Positions 17,467-26,793 of a stretch of 64,000 bases of DNA are shown here, in pieces. The stretch's first letter is position 1; the number at the start of each line of letters is the position of its first letter. Location: the sequence record NC_101838.1. One strand, 5' to 3'. The stretch comes from a phage. Made by a program: the position numbers and the translations under genes. The notes beneath the pieces were generated by a model. It did not search any database. It was not told the DNA's origin and was given only the letters and a program-made list of their open reading frames with translations.

Positions 17467-17527
17467 TATTGTGTCAAGTATTCCGATTGTGTCACCATTG
17501 TGTCTAAAGTGTCATATTGTGTCAGAC
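17467..17527. repeat. five tandem TTGTGTC(A) iterons
   Basis: tattgtgtcaag, gattgtgtcacc, cattgtgtctaa, agtgtcat, tattgtgtcagac at 12-17 bp spacing. Confidence 0.55.
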
Positions 17528-18099
17528 AAGTTTTTCTCCTCTTTGTCAAGTGCTGCATGAAAAATTTACAAACTGGTATGGTAGCATTTTTGCGGACCTG
17601 TTTACATTCAGGAGTGTATGTATAATCCTTGTTGTGTGGGCGTTTATACGTCTGGACGGTCAGAAGTCTGCAGGTTAATATCTAATCTATTGGCTGCTAA
17701 CTATATCCCACACAAATGATAAGAAATATAATTGTTATATGCGTAAACTGTAACTCATGTTATCAATCCCTGTATGGATCGCCAGTGGTGCGCATAATGG
17801 GTATTATGTTAAATTGCCCGTAATGATAAAGGTTCTCACAATGATAGGTATTCTCATTCACCCTCACAAAATAGATTGCAAATGTTGTGCCACTGTGTGA
17901 ACGGCCTCACCTATTAATTTGCCTCACTGCCTCGATATTTGAGAATTATTATAAGAATGAGAAGTATTCCCATTCCGTCCGCCTGGCAGCACTCCTGTAG
18001 GTCCTGCAAGGACTCTAGCTTTCAGCTAGACCCTTCGGGCCTCCCTGTAGGTCAGGTCAAAATCGGGGTAGAATTGGGCCTATTCAGATATTTCTGGCT

Positions 18100-18335
18100 G
18101 ACTCTTCAGGTCTGTGTGGGAAAAGCCAACCTCTCCGGCGGGGCAGGGGGATATCTGCGGGAAAATTGCAGGTCAATTAAAAAATTTACGTGGTATATGA
18201 AGCGCTCTTCAGGTAAGGCATGTATTATGGGATGAAACCCTCTTCAGGCAATGATATTTGTGGGTGTGATATTTGCTGGAAAGCCAGATATGACGGGACT
18301 CCCGGCGGGGCAGGGGTGGTACAGACAGGGAAAAT
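18100..18335. repeat. composite direct repeats (CTCTTCAGG ... CCGGCGGGGCAGGGG ... GGGAAAAT)
   Basis: Unit at 18100-18166 repeated at 18238-18335; extra CTCTTCAGG copies at about 18203 and 18654. Confidence 0.55.
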
Positions 18336-19014
18336 ATGAAGGATGTGGTTGGGTAGATTGATCAGACAGGTAGAGTATGGAATATGTTACAAGTATGTTA
18401 AATATGGAGGTTGAATATCTGTAGGATTTGTGTGTAAAATCAAAGACTTAAGTGGTGTTGTGGTATTTTCTATAAATAATTCAAGTTTAATAGGCAATAT
18501 TTGTCTCTATCCGCTTTGTGTGGTAAACAGATTCAGATTAGATTGGTTTACAAGTGTATACATAATATACAAATTAAAGATACAAGAAACCCCCCCTCCC
18601 CCCTTCGGCTACCATTCACCTTTTCCTCTGACTGGTACTTAAACACTTATTCAGACTCTTCAGGTTATCACCCATATATCATATGGCAGTGACTGGTGTC
18701 CTCCGGCCCCTCTTTCGTCACCCGTCCGCTTCGCCATGCTAATGCCATAGCTAATGGTTCGGTTGTTCACCCTGTTCACTCAGGTGTATCTCTATACCCC
18801 TTCAAACCGAAGAGAACAGAAAACCCGAATTACTCGGTAAAAGAAAAGAGAAGAACTTAATTTTATCAGGATAGGCAAGAATGTCAAGGTATGACTGCTC
18901 ACTAAACAAGCAAACAGTCATGTGTGGGAGGTAAGTGATTGTGGTGGTAGGAAATTTAGTTGAAAGATGTGTTATAGGTGCTTCCAGCACTTTAGCCGGG
19001 CAGCTAATTGTGTG

Positions 19015-19230
19015 TCAGTCCAGCGGTTCATCCTCTACTTCACTGAAATCAATGTTCATGGTCTCTTCCCAACCATCGATCTCAGCACAAGAGTGGAGTT
19101 CTTTAGGGTTTACTCCCAAAGCCTCAGCAACAGAGTCTATATTTAACACCTCTGGCAGGTATGATTCATCGAATTCAAGGTAAATCAGGCCACGAGTGTT
19201 GTCAGCTCCACCAAATATCTCTATCTTCAT
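19015..19230 (-). CDS. hypothetical acidic protein (71 aa)
   Basis: Last ORF of the minus-strand block; acidic. Confidence 0.5.
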   Translation of the reverse strand: MKIEIFGGADNTRGLIYLEFDESYLPEVLNIDSVAEALGVNPKELHSCAEIDGWEETMNIDFSEVEDEPLD

Positions 19231-19351
19231 AAAATCTCCTCTGGGAATGAAAGTGTGAACAGGGTTTTATACGTTCTAATGCACAGGAATTATACACGTT
19301 TGCCTCTTCAGGCCATGCTTTAGCATGAGGAACCTGTGTGGGCTCGGTGCT

Positions 19352-19564
19352 TCATAGTCTACCACCTCTGAACTCTTCGTGCTCAGGCATAATAGAGAAC
19401 CAGATATCTACGATGTCTTCCCACGTTAGGTCATCAGCCTCAGGATCTACCTGGAGCGAAGATGGAGAATCTTCAGAATCTAAGTTTTCCTCTTTCACTG
19501 GCTCAGCCAAGGGACATATAGTCACTCCTTTGGATGTCTCTTCAGATGCATGTGTGTTTATCAT
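19352..19564 (-). CDS. hypothetical acidic protein (70 aa)
   Basis: ORF in minus-strand array. Confidence 0.4.
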   Translation of the reverse strand: MINTHASEETSKGVTICPLAEPVKEENLDSEDSPSSLQVDPEADDLTWEDIVDIWFSIMPEHEEFRGGRL

Positions 19565-19888
19565 GTTCCACCCGTGAGTATTCCGGCAACAGCCGCTATG
19601 GACGTAATGATCATCAGGATCACCACTAAAACTTCGGACAATGTTCTCATTGTGTACTCCATATTCTACAAACTATGTGTGGATACTATCACTGGATCGG
19701 TAATGTGTCAACAGTCGGTAATGTGTCAACAGAAACGCCGCGAGGGTTTGGTTAAAATCCGAGCGTATGGTGATTTGGGTCAAAACGGACGTGCGTTCTC
19801 GCTACGCTCGAAATATGGAGTTGTTTGTAGGGAGCTCTTAAACGCTCTGTAATGAGATTAACTGCCCAAGGTATGCAATCGTGCACCA

Positions 19889-19918
19889 GATAAAGAAAAG
19901 GACGCCACAGAGCGTCCT
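19889..19918 (-). terminator. putative intrinsic terminator (minus strand)
   Basis: Hairpin aggacgc-cacag-agcgtcct with an adjacent A-run on the plus strand (T-run on minus). Confidence 0.45.
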
Positions 19919-19942
19919 AGGTGTCTTAAATTTGATATTTTG

Positions 19943-20254
19943 CTATACCCACGAGGGCTTATCAAGGTTGGAGTAGCTGAAAGGTGTCAAAAGGTGACTG
20001 TCAAAATCTCTCAAACTATCCAAATCTTTTTCCTCGTCCTGACACCATCTGTGCCTACATTTGTTGTTGTAGTGCATGGAATGCATAGCGTTCTGCAACT
20101 TAACAGGCACAAGTGATTCAGGAGTAGATAGTATTGTTGGGTATGCCAGAACCACCTCAAACAGTGGAAACACATCGAAACTAAAGTCTACCTCTGCAGA
20201 GGTTGATGGCATGTAGGAGTATTTAGCCGCCTTTGTAGACATAATCCACCTCAC
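19943..20254 (-). CDS. hypothetical protein (103 aa)
   Basis: ORF in minus-strand array. Confidence 0.45.
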   Translation of the reverse strand: MRWIMSTKAAKYSYMPSTSAEVDFSFDVFPLFEVVLAYPTILSTPESLVPVKLQNAMHSMHYNNKCRHRWCQDEEKDLDSLRDFDSHLLTPFSYSNLDKPSWV

Positions 20255-20583
20255 ACAGGTTTGATAATACCTTCACCGAATAGCTCTTCGTATCTAATCT
20301 TGTCCGGATCCCACTCCTGGATAATTTCGAAGACAATATCCAACCCAGGGACAATCACTTCTCCAGTGTCAAGCTTAGCAAGAACAAAACCGGAAGGTTG
20401 AATGGTTTCCCAGTTACGGCGATCAGAATAAAATACTTCGAAAATATCACCAACCTCAATCCGTTTCTGTTGCTCAAGATGCTCAAGGTTCTCTTTCATA
20501 CGGATGCAGCGTATTTTTCGTGCAGGCCATAGACCACCTGCATCACGTTCATTCAATTCTTTTACAGTGATCGGTATACCCAT
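20251..20583 (-). CDS. hypothetical protein (110 aa)
   Basis: ORF; start overlaps downstream gene stop. Confidence 0.55.
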   Translation of the reverse strand: MGIPITVKELNERDAGGLWPARKIRCIRMKENLEHLEQQKRIEVGDIFEVFYSDRRNWETIQPSGFVLAKLDTGEVIVPGLDIVFEIIQEWDPDKIRYEELFGEGIIKPV

Positions 20584-20604
20584 CTCAAATCTCCTTCATA
20601 GATA

Positions 20605-20630
20605 GTAAAAAGAGGGGCCCAAGCCCCTCT
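20605..20630 (-). terminator. intrinsic terminator (minus strand)
   Basis: Hairpin agaggggc-ccaa-gcccctct preceded on the plus strand by aaaaa (T-run after hairpin on minus). Confidence 0.6.
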
Positions 20631-20638
20631 ATTTGTCA

Positions 20639-20944
20639 TTATTCTACAGAGCGTTTGAACAGAATGTCTGCCTCGGACATGTGCTCAACCTCTTCTTCGA
20701 TTTTAGCTCGACGTTTTTCAGCCTCATAGCGAATATCGAACTCGGTAGCCACCAGAGATTTGATGAATTTAGGAGAATACAGGTGATCCTGCTTCTCAAC
20801 GAGAATGATATCCTTAATGGCATCTTTCAGATCTTTAATCTGAAGTTGGAGTTCCACCAGTTCTTCGATTGTCTTGCGAAGGCGATCACGCTCTGCAGTG
20901 TCAGAAGGAAGAGAGGTGAACAGTTCAACTTTAGATTTAGCCAT
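20639..20944 (-). CDS. hypothetical coiled-coil protein (101 aa)
   Basis: Charged, heptad-like sequence. Confidence 0.55.
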   Translation of the reverse strand: MAKSKVELFTSLPSDTAERDRLRKTIEELVELQLQIKDLKDAIKDIILVEKQDHLYSPKFIKSLVATEFDIRYEAEKRRAKIEEEVEHMSEADILFKRSVE

Positions 20945-20972
20945 AGTAAGAGTCTCCTTATGTTGTTTTAAA

Positions 20973-21224
20973 TTAACGTTCTACAAAAATACCGTTCAGT
21001 TCAATAACCAGGAATTTCTGGTCTTCACTGTCGTCTCGTGCCAGCACCTCACAGACGTATCGGTCATCTCCATCATCATCGCAGTCAAATACAAGACTGA
21101 GGACTTTATCATGATAAACCTTCGCCACTACCGCCTCGTAAGTATTGCCGATTGTGAATCCAAGATAATCTCCGATGCATTTGACAACAACATGGTCGCC
21201 AGCATTCAAGTCAATCTTCGTCAT
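20973..21224 (-). CDS. hypothetical acidic protein (about 83 aa)
   Basis: Internal ATG of track ORF 20973..21290 with aaggag SD upstream; Asp-rich (CDDDGDD). Confidence 0.45.
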   Translation of the reverse strand: MTKIDLNAGDHVVVKCIGDYLGFTIGNTYEAVVAKVYHDKVLSLVFDCDDDGDDRYVCEVLARDDSEDQKFLVIELNGIFVER

Positions 21225-21379
21225 TACTGCGCTCCTTGGGTAATAATACTGTATGTAAAACTTTAACCAGAGATGTGAATAACGCCCCAAAACACACCGA
21301 TAGCGCTAAAACAGACAAGGCCATCATTAAAGCTTCAGTAAAATCAGTCACTCCTCACCTCTTGTTAGTCACTATACTG

Positions 21380-21643
21380 TCATTTATCCTTGCCGTCAAG
21401 AACTTTTTTAAATCTTTCAGGGATATCGCCTGTTCTTAGATAGCTCATGACCTCACAAGGTTCCCACTTGAATTTCTTACAAAGCAGGGCGGCTGAGATT
21501 GTTTCATTGCGAAAAGAAAGGATATTAATATCCCATTCTGAGAACCCCAACTTCCGAAGGGTAGCTACAGAAATCCTCACCGCAACCCAGCAGCAAAAAC
21601 ATGCAACAAACGCCACTGCTATAACCCACATCAGGATGTTCAT
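21380..21643 (-). CDS. hypothetical membrane protein (87 aa)
   Basis: N-terminal transmembrane helix (ILMWVIAVAFVACFCCWVAV). Confidence 0.5.
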   Translation of the reverse strand: MNILMWVIAVAFVACFCCWVAVRISVATLRKLGFSEWDINILSFRNETISAALLCKKFKWEPCEVMSYLRTGDIPERFKKVLDGKDK

Positions 21644-21732
21644 ACAAGCACCTCACTGAAATACAAGACACAGTGTTAAGGTTACAGACCAGCAAATAAT
21701 TAACAGTGCCGTTGCAACCTTGGCAAGATTTA

Positions 21733-22020
21733 TCATAGTGCCTCTAAGATTTCATATCCTTCGGGTCGGAATACAAGCCACTCCGTGGCTCCGTTTGGTC
21801 GATACGCTTTATACAGAACAACCTGATCTCGGCACATGCACATAGCTACATAGTTTTCATCCACACCTGCAGCCTGCATTGCAGCTTCTTCTCCGGCAAC
21901 TGCTTTGCTTACAACCTCCTTAGTAGGCAGGTGTGCGATCAGCTCGTCACCATCATTAATTCCAAAATGGCTGAGTTCTCCATTGGTATCTTTAATCTTA
22001 ATCTTAACCAGATCTTTCAT
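21733..22020 (-). CDS. small acidic protein, MK-start/[YV]E[IV] C-terminus family (95 aa)
   Basis: Shares N-terminal MK..I.I and C-terminal EGYEILEAL pattern with neighbouring paralogs. Confidence 0.55.
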   Translation of the reverse strand: MKDLVKIKIKDTNGELSHFGINDGDELIAHLPTKEVVSKAVAGEEAAMQAAGVDENYVAMCMCRDQVVLYKAYRPNGATEWLVFRPEGYEILEAL

Positions 22021-22349
22021 TAGTCTTCCTCCAGGTTCAAAGGCCCTAAGATTTCATATGCCAGATTAGAAGTTACCAGAGGGTCTTCTGCATCTTTAGT
22101 ATTATACCACCCGTGAATAACCAGAGTCCCACTCTGTTTCATATCTAACTGGAACTGTTCTGCAGTTTCCTCATCCATCTCTAAGATCTCCATAAGGTAC
22201 TTGATGTTAGGAAGGTATGCAGCTGTTACAGTTCCCTCTACCAGACCTTCGGGCCAACCTACATCCGGATGACAAGTAGGAACCAGGTTGGTCAGCTTAA
22301 TGGTGTACGCTTTTTCTGCACGAGCCTTCAGTAACTGGTCAATCTTCAT
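22020..22349 (-). CDS. small acidic protein, paralog family (109 aa)
   Basis: MKIDQ... start, ...AYEILGPL end; stop/start overlap with neighbours. Confidence 0.55.
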   Translation of the reverse strand: MKIDQLLKARAEKAYTIKLTNLVPTCHPDVGWPEGLVEGTVTAAYLPNIKYLMEILEMDEETAEQFQLDMKQSGTLVIHGWYNTKDAEDPLVTSNLAYEILGPLNLEED

Positions 22350-22699
22350 TATTCGTCCTCCTCTTCGGTGCCTGCTTCCAGTAATAAGTTAAGAATATCT
22401 TCTGCACAAGGCTCATAGAACTCTTGGCCTTCATTATCGATGATTTTGTAGTCATCTCCGCGAATAATCAGAGGATCACTCTCAAAATTATCGAGACCTT
22501 TAACAACGACAACACGATCGATTGCCATCATTGTAAGAACTTTATCGACATCTTCCTCTGCTACACCATACTGCAGCAGAATGTCTTTGGTAGGAGGAAC
22601 AGCATCCACCACAACACCGTTACCAAAACCTTCCGGTAAGTTAGCTAAAATATCTTCCGGAACCACACTAACATCAAAACCAGTAATTTCTACTTTCAT
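22349..22699 (-). CDS. small acidic protein, paralog family (116 aa)
   Basis: MKVEITGFDV... start; very acidic C-terminus. Confidence 0.55.
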   Translation of the reverse strand: MKVEITGFDVSVVPEDILANLPEGFGNGVVVDAVPPTKDILLQYGVAEEDVDKVLTMMAIDRVVVVKGLDNFESDPLIIRGDDYKIIDNEGQEFYEPCAEDILNLLLEAGTEEEDE

Positions 22700-22960
22700 T
22701 TACAGCACCTCTTCGTCAACTACTTCATAAAAATGGCCTGGGATTGCAATAGCGTTCTCACCTTCACCTACAAACACAGTTCCGTCAAGAATCAACATCA
22801 TAAGAGTTTCTGGAATATCCTCTTCCTGAACGTTGCCAAAACCTTTAATCAGCTCGTAGGTTGGAAGATTTACCTCTAAGATGTCACCATCTTTAGAGCG
22901 GAAATCAACACCATCCTGAATCTCTGCCATTTCAAGGTTTTTCAGTTTAATCTTCATCAA
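22700..22960 (-). CDS. small acidic protein, paralog family (86 aa)
   Basis: MMKIKLKNLE... start, ...FYEVVDEEVL end. Confidence 0.55.
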   Translation of the reverse strand: MMKIKLKNLEMAEIQDGVDFRSKDGDILEVNLPTYELIKGFGNVQEEDIPETLMMLILDGTVFVGEGENAIAIPGHFYEVVDEEVL

Positions 22961-23036
22961 TCAGTCTCCCGTCTTGTTAAGATGAAGGTATTATTTCACA
23001 CAGGGTTGGCGTTGTCAACACCTGTGTGCAAGAAAA

Positions 23037-23432
23037 TTACTGAAACAGTGCGGATAAATTACCTTCTGGTGGGAACTTATCTGCCAAAAACGGTGTTAGC
23101 ACAGTAGCCTTCTGAAGATCTGGGGTCCACTCGTTGTTCAGAACATCCCAGTAGTACGCAATGTTGCTGTGTGGGTGCCGCATTACGAACTTTTTCCCTT
23201 CGTAGTCATCTGAAACCTCTACAGAAGAAATAACAACAGAATCTTCAAGGGTTTCTTCATAGAAAGATCCACCTTCAAATTTCCAACGAGATGCAAGAGC
23301 TCCTGCCTTGAACGCTGCAGATAACGGACTGTCGGCAAGAACATACATTTCTTGCACTCTGTCGCTGCGATCTTTGCTTCTTACGTTGTATACAGTATCT
23401 GAGCTATACTCAACACGGTATAGGCTTACCAT
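23037..23432 (-). CDS. hypothetical protein, paralog of 25239..25637 (131 aa)
   Basis: Shared ...V(M/I)xHP(H/D)S...YW(D/N)...WTP... pattern with the ORF at 25239. Confidence 0.55.
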   Translation of the reverse strand: MVSLYRVEYSSDTVYNVRSKDRSDRVQEMYVLADSPLSAAFKAGALASRWKFEGGSFYEETLEDSVVISSVEVSDDYEGKKFVMRHPHSNIAYYWDVLNNEWTPDLQKATVLTPFLADKFPPEGNLSALFQ

Positions 23433-23764
23433 TACCGCACCTCCTCAATAACTTCCACATCTGAGCCCACCACAAATGCAAAAGGACAGGTTTCATGAAA
23501 GACATCCGGATCGCCGCCAAGCTTGCTAACAATCTCTCCACCACTAATAAACACAAGCTCACCGATATTCATCAGATTGCTGAAATAGTACCCATAATGA
23601 TTAAAGAATGCAGCAGGGTCAGGTAGACTAGTAGCCTCAAGCACTACATCAGTTGAGGTTACTTTCTTATCATAACCTCTCGCCTTTTGAGATGCAAGAT
23701 CTGCAGAATCCTCAGGCGACCGGAGATGCACAGGAATTGTTTCACCAATAAAGCGTACTTTCAT
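23432..23764 (-). CDS. small acidic protein, MKV-start family (about 110 aa)
   Basis: Internal ATG (MKVRFIGE...) of the track ORF; ends ...GSDVEVIEEVR. Confidence 0.5.
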   Translation of the reverse strand: MKVRFIGETIPVHLRSPEDSADLASQKARGYDKKVTSTDVVLEATSLPDPAAFFNHYGYYFSNLMNIGELVFISGGEIVSKLGGDPDVFHETCPFAFVVGSDVEVIEEVR

Positions 23765-23768
23765 ATTA

Positions 23769-24032
23769 TCACCCAACAACCATAGCTTCAAAAGGGGTCA
23801 TGAACGAATAAACGGCATCATCATCTGCTTCAGGGAATGCTCCCAAAGACTTCATGTCTGAGCCCTTGACAAATACAAGGTTTTGATCAAAAGCTTCTTG
23901 AGGATCAATCCGATACATATTTCGTAGAATATCGCCTACCTCCTCATCAAGAGGTGAGTATGCTGTGCACGTTTTTCCGATCAAGCTTTGAGAATCAGGG
24001 TATCCACCTGAAGTTTTAAAATAAACAATCAT
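23769..24032 (-). CDS. small acidic protein, related family (87 aa)
   Basis: ...LVFVKGSDMKSLGAF... core resembles VKGxDLxAAGA of the paralogs. Confidence 0.5.
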   Translation of the reverse strand: MIVYFKTSGGYPDSQSLIGKTCTAYSPLDEEVGDILRNMYRIDPQEAFDQNLVFVKGSDMKSLGAFPEADDDAVYSFMTPFEAMVVG

Positions 24033-24123
24033 ATAGTATCACCTCTGGTAAGAGATTGGGATTCCTTTCCCACAAATAATTACAAACCTTCCTTATCGAG
24101 GAAGTATGCTAATCCAAGCAGGA

Positions 24124-24393
24124 TTATTCCTCTACAATCTCATACACATCCGGAGTTACAATCAACTCTTCTCCGTTACCCGGTGCAACAAACACCACCA
24201 TGCCTTCAGGTGTGTGCTTTTTAGCCATCTCGATAACATCTTCTCGCAGAGCTGGCTCCATCAGATCAAAACCTTCACCCAGGGCATCACGAACCACCTT
24301 CATATAGTCAACTGGTTGTGCTTCGACAATCATACCTTCAACCAGTCCACAGTTTTTGTCTGCCAGCTCAGTTTTGAATAATTTAATTTTCAT
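24124..24393 (-). CDS. small acidic protein, paralog family (89 aa)
   Basis: MKIKLFKTEL... start, ...PDVYEIVEE end. Confidence 0.55.
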   Translation of the reverse strand: MKIKLFKTELADKNCGLVEGMIVEAQPVDYMKVVRDALGEGFDLMEPALREDVIEMAKKHTPEGMVVFVAPGNGEELIVTPDVYEIVEE

Positions 24394-24530
24394 TTAGAGG
24401 TCTCCTCAATTATTTGATATTAATAGCCGTAACCTAACACATTAACTACAACTGCGATTGCAAACATAATTTCAAAGCATGCAATCTCTACATTTGGGAC
24501 TAATTTCTTGATCACACCCATTGTAGCACC

Positions 24531-24848
24531 TCATTCTCTAAAGTCAATCTTTACTTTGCCTTTCCCCTTACCTTTCTTTCCACCGCATTTAGCCAGTTGA
24601 CGTGCTGCAACATCTACCATACGGTCAGTTGCCTCGTAAGCATCACTGCCTTTAGCTTTGGCAATAACTTCTTTTCCAGAATTGTCAAAAATGAACGCCA
24701 TAACTTCCTGGTGATCATTTTCAACTTTTACACTCACACGTGCATAGTTGGCAGAGGGATGCAAACGCTCCAGCTTAGACATTTTGTGGGAAATGAAAGA
24801 CACCATACCTTCAGTGATTTCTACGTTGCCAGTGATTTCAATTTGCAT
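24531..24848 (-). CDS. hpf: ribosome hibernation promoting factor / RaiA (YfiA) family protein
   Basis: MQIEITGNVEITEGM...KLERL...VSVKVE...AKAKGSDAYEATDRMVDVAARQLAK aligns by eye with recalled E. coli HPF (MQLNITGNNVEITEAL...KLEQY...VVLKVEK...ASAEGQDMYAAIDGLIDKLARQLTKH); Lys/Gly-rich tail. Confidence 0.75.
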   Translation of the reverse strand: MQIEITGNVEITEGMVSFISHKMSKLERLHPSANYARVSVKVENDHQEVMAFIFDNSGKEVIAKAKGSDAYEATDRMVDVAARQLAKCGGKKGKGKGKVKIDFRE

Positions 24849-24930
24849 AACGTGTTCCTTTTAAAGAAGAGGGAACCAAACCCTCTTTGAAAACAATGAT
24901 ACTAAATCTGAAGCGTTGTGTCAACAGTTT

Positions 24931-25221
24931 TTACAGATTGTTGTCGATAGTTTTTAAAATATCCACAGCAAGATCTGCCATTTTTCGAACATACTCTGCA
25001 AACTCAACAGGATCCTTGATCAAAGAATTCACAGGGTCGTACCCTAGAGCGTTCAAAATGGCTGCAGCATCTACAACCTTCTCATCATTTGCGAAGATCT
25101 CTCCATCAAACTTGTAGGTCCATTTTGAGTCAATCTTGGCAGGGAATGATTGGTCAACGCTTGTTACACCATCCTTTTTAAACGCTCCGGTGTTATCAGT
25201 GTCTAGAACTAAATCCATCAT
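24931..25221 (-). CDS. hypothetical protein (96 aa)
   Basis: ORF in minus-strand array. Confidence 0.5.
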   Translation of the reverse strand: MMDLVLDTDNTGAFKKDGVTSVDQSFPAKIDSKWTYKFDGEIFANDEKVVDAAAILNALGYDPVNSLIKDPVEFAEYVRKMADLAVDILKTIDNNL

Positions 25222-25238
25222 GTTAGTACCTCACCGTT

Positions 25239-25637
25239 TCAGTTTAGCTTTTCTTCAACAACCCCATAGCTCGGGACAGAGTCAAGAGCTTTCTGGTTTA
25301 AAAGTGGTGTAGCAGAATCTGCAAACGGTGTCCAAGTTTTTGTTCTGGCATTCCAGTAATGCTTCACTCTGGAATCTGGATGCACTATAACAAAAACTTT
25401 TTCACTTGTCAACACATTAATTTCTTCTACACCCTTGCTGATAATTTCTCCGTCATAGCCACCAGTCTGGTATCCTTCGTACCAGGTTCTTGCATATGCA
25501 TAGCCAGCCTGCCAGCATGCAGCCTCCTCCGAGGTGGAGACTACGTAGAAGTCTTTCTCAAATTCTGGGATACGCCCTTGCTTTACGCTCCAAGCTCCGC
25601 GAATTTTCATTGTAACTTTGAACAGTTTATTTTTCAC
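25239..25637 (-). CDS. hypothetical protein, paralog of 23037..23432 (132 aa)
   Basis: Shared VIVHPDSRVKHYWNARTKTWTP pattern. Confidence 0.55.
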   Translation of the reverse strand: MKNKLFKVTMKIRGAWSVKQGRIPEFEKDFYVVSTSEEAACWQAGYAYARTWYEGYQTGGYDGEIISKGVEEINVLTSEKVFVIVHPDSRVKHYWNARTKTWTPFADSATPLLNQKALDSVPSYGVVEEKLN

Positions 25638-25649
25638 AACGGTTACCCA

Positions 25650-25904
25650 TCACAGCTCTACAATCTCTGCATCTGACCCTGCCCCAAAGGCATAATAGGA
25701 TTCTTCCCCGAAATAATATTCCGGTGCACCAGCAGCGATCAGGTCTGATCCCAAGATAAACACCACGTTGTGGCCTACATAACTGTGATGTTGCCGCACA
25801 GGATCATCCCACGGCAACCCTTCAAAGTATACCGCAGGAACGACCTTTCCCTTCAGGAAGGATTGTCCCAAGTAGACGTTAGAATCAAGAATTTTAACCT
25901 TCAT
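25650..25904 (-). CDS. small acidic protein, MKVK-start family (84 aa)
   Basis: MKVKILDSNVYLGQ...GKVVPA...GSDLIAAGA...AEIVEL. Confidence 0.55.
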   Translation of the reverse strand: MKVKILDSNVYLGQSFLKGKVVPAVYFEGLPWDDPVRQHHSYVGHNVVFILGSDLIAAGAPEYYFGEESYYAFGAGSDAEIVEL

Positions 25905-26121
25905 TCTCGTCCTCCACTATCTCTACATCCTCACCAAGGGCAAAGTTGTAGGTCCACTGGCTGTCAAAGCAGTCCTGAGATGCACCAGCGGAAATAAGAT
26001 CTGCACCTTTTATTTTTAAAAGGTCAGGATAATCTTCGTTAGGGATAGCGGTAAACACTTTCCCCACTAAGGGCTCCTGACCAATATAGAAGCTTGAATC
26101 TAAAACTTTAACTTTCATCAA
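25894..26121 (-). CDS. small acidic protein, MKVK-start family (75 aa)
   Basis: MMKVKVLDSSFYIGQ...GKVFTA...KGADLISAGA...VEIVED; tandem to the previous paralog. Confidence 0.55.
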   Translation of the reverse strand: MMKVKVLDSSFYIGQEPLVGKVFTAIPNEDYPDLLKIKGADLISAGASQDCFDSQWTYNFALGEDVEIVEDENEG

Positions 26122-26405
26122 CGGTCTCCCTCAGGCGGTTGTGGGACGTAAACACTGTTACGAATATCGTCAGCAGTGTAGTAATAAGTGGTTCCAACCC
26201 TATCTCGGGCTGCAATGTACTCTGCTATACCAATAAGTGCCATTGATTTGGTGGCGTATCTTCCCCACTCGTTAGCTCCCCAGTAGAATTTAGACCAGTA
26301 GGGAATAATACCGAACAAATATACCTTTTGACGAACTTCCCAGTAAGTGCCTTTTCCGACAAGTTTAAACTCTACTTCACTACTGTTAATCTTTTTCATT
26401 ATCAA
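26118..26405 (-). CDS. hypothetical protein (95 aa)
   Basis: ORF; Trp/Tyr-rich. Confidence 0.5.
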   Translation of the reverse strand: MIMKKINSSEVEFKLVGKGTYWEVRQKVYLFGIIPYWSKFYWGANEWGRYATKSMALIGIAEYIAARDRVGTTYYYTADDIRNSVYVPQPPEGDR

Positions 26406-26698
26406 TCTCCCTCTACCGTGGTCGGATTGTCAGTAAGAAATTGAGCATTGGCTGGAGGCACGCCTGACATTTTCCACACAACCATAAGTTTGTAACCAGG
26501 AACTCTATTAAGTGCAGATCGAGTAGAGTTTGTGCACGTATACTTTCGCTTTCCAAACCCGTTCTCCATCATAATCCAGTACCCAGTATCTTTGTCACCA
26601 GGTATCGGTAGACCACCTTCATCAACCCACTGAATGGACCACGGCACGATGGCTACAGCTTTATATTTAAACTTTTTAAACCACTCAAAAAGTTTCAT
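26402..26698 (-). CDS. hypothetical protein (98 aa)
   Basis: ORF; overlapping start/stop with neighbours. Confidence 0.5.
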   Translation of the reverse strand: MKLFEWFKKFKYKAVAIVPWSIQWVDEGGLPIPGDKDTGYWIMMENGFGKRKYTCTNSTRSALNRVPGYKLMVVWKMSGVPPANAQFLTDNPTTVEGD

Positions 26699-26793
26699 AA
26701 TTCAGCCTCGCATAGACATAATCACTATAAACAGGCAAACAATGAATCCGAATGCCACGCCACCCATAAACGTTAATATTGATGCAATCATAG

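Noticed and set aside
17236-18990. Track ORFs 17236..17451, 17939..18235, 18430..18642, 18501..18692 and 18802..18990 as genes
   Set aside because: No SD motifs, overlapping repeat arrays, and unnatural amino-acid composition; the region is better explained as non-coding.
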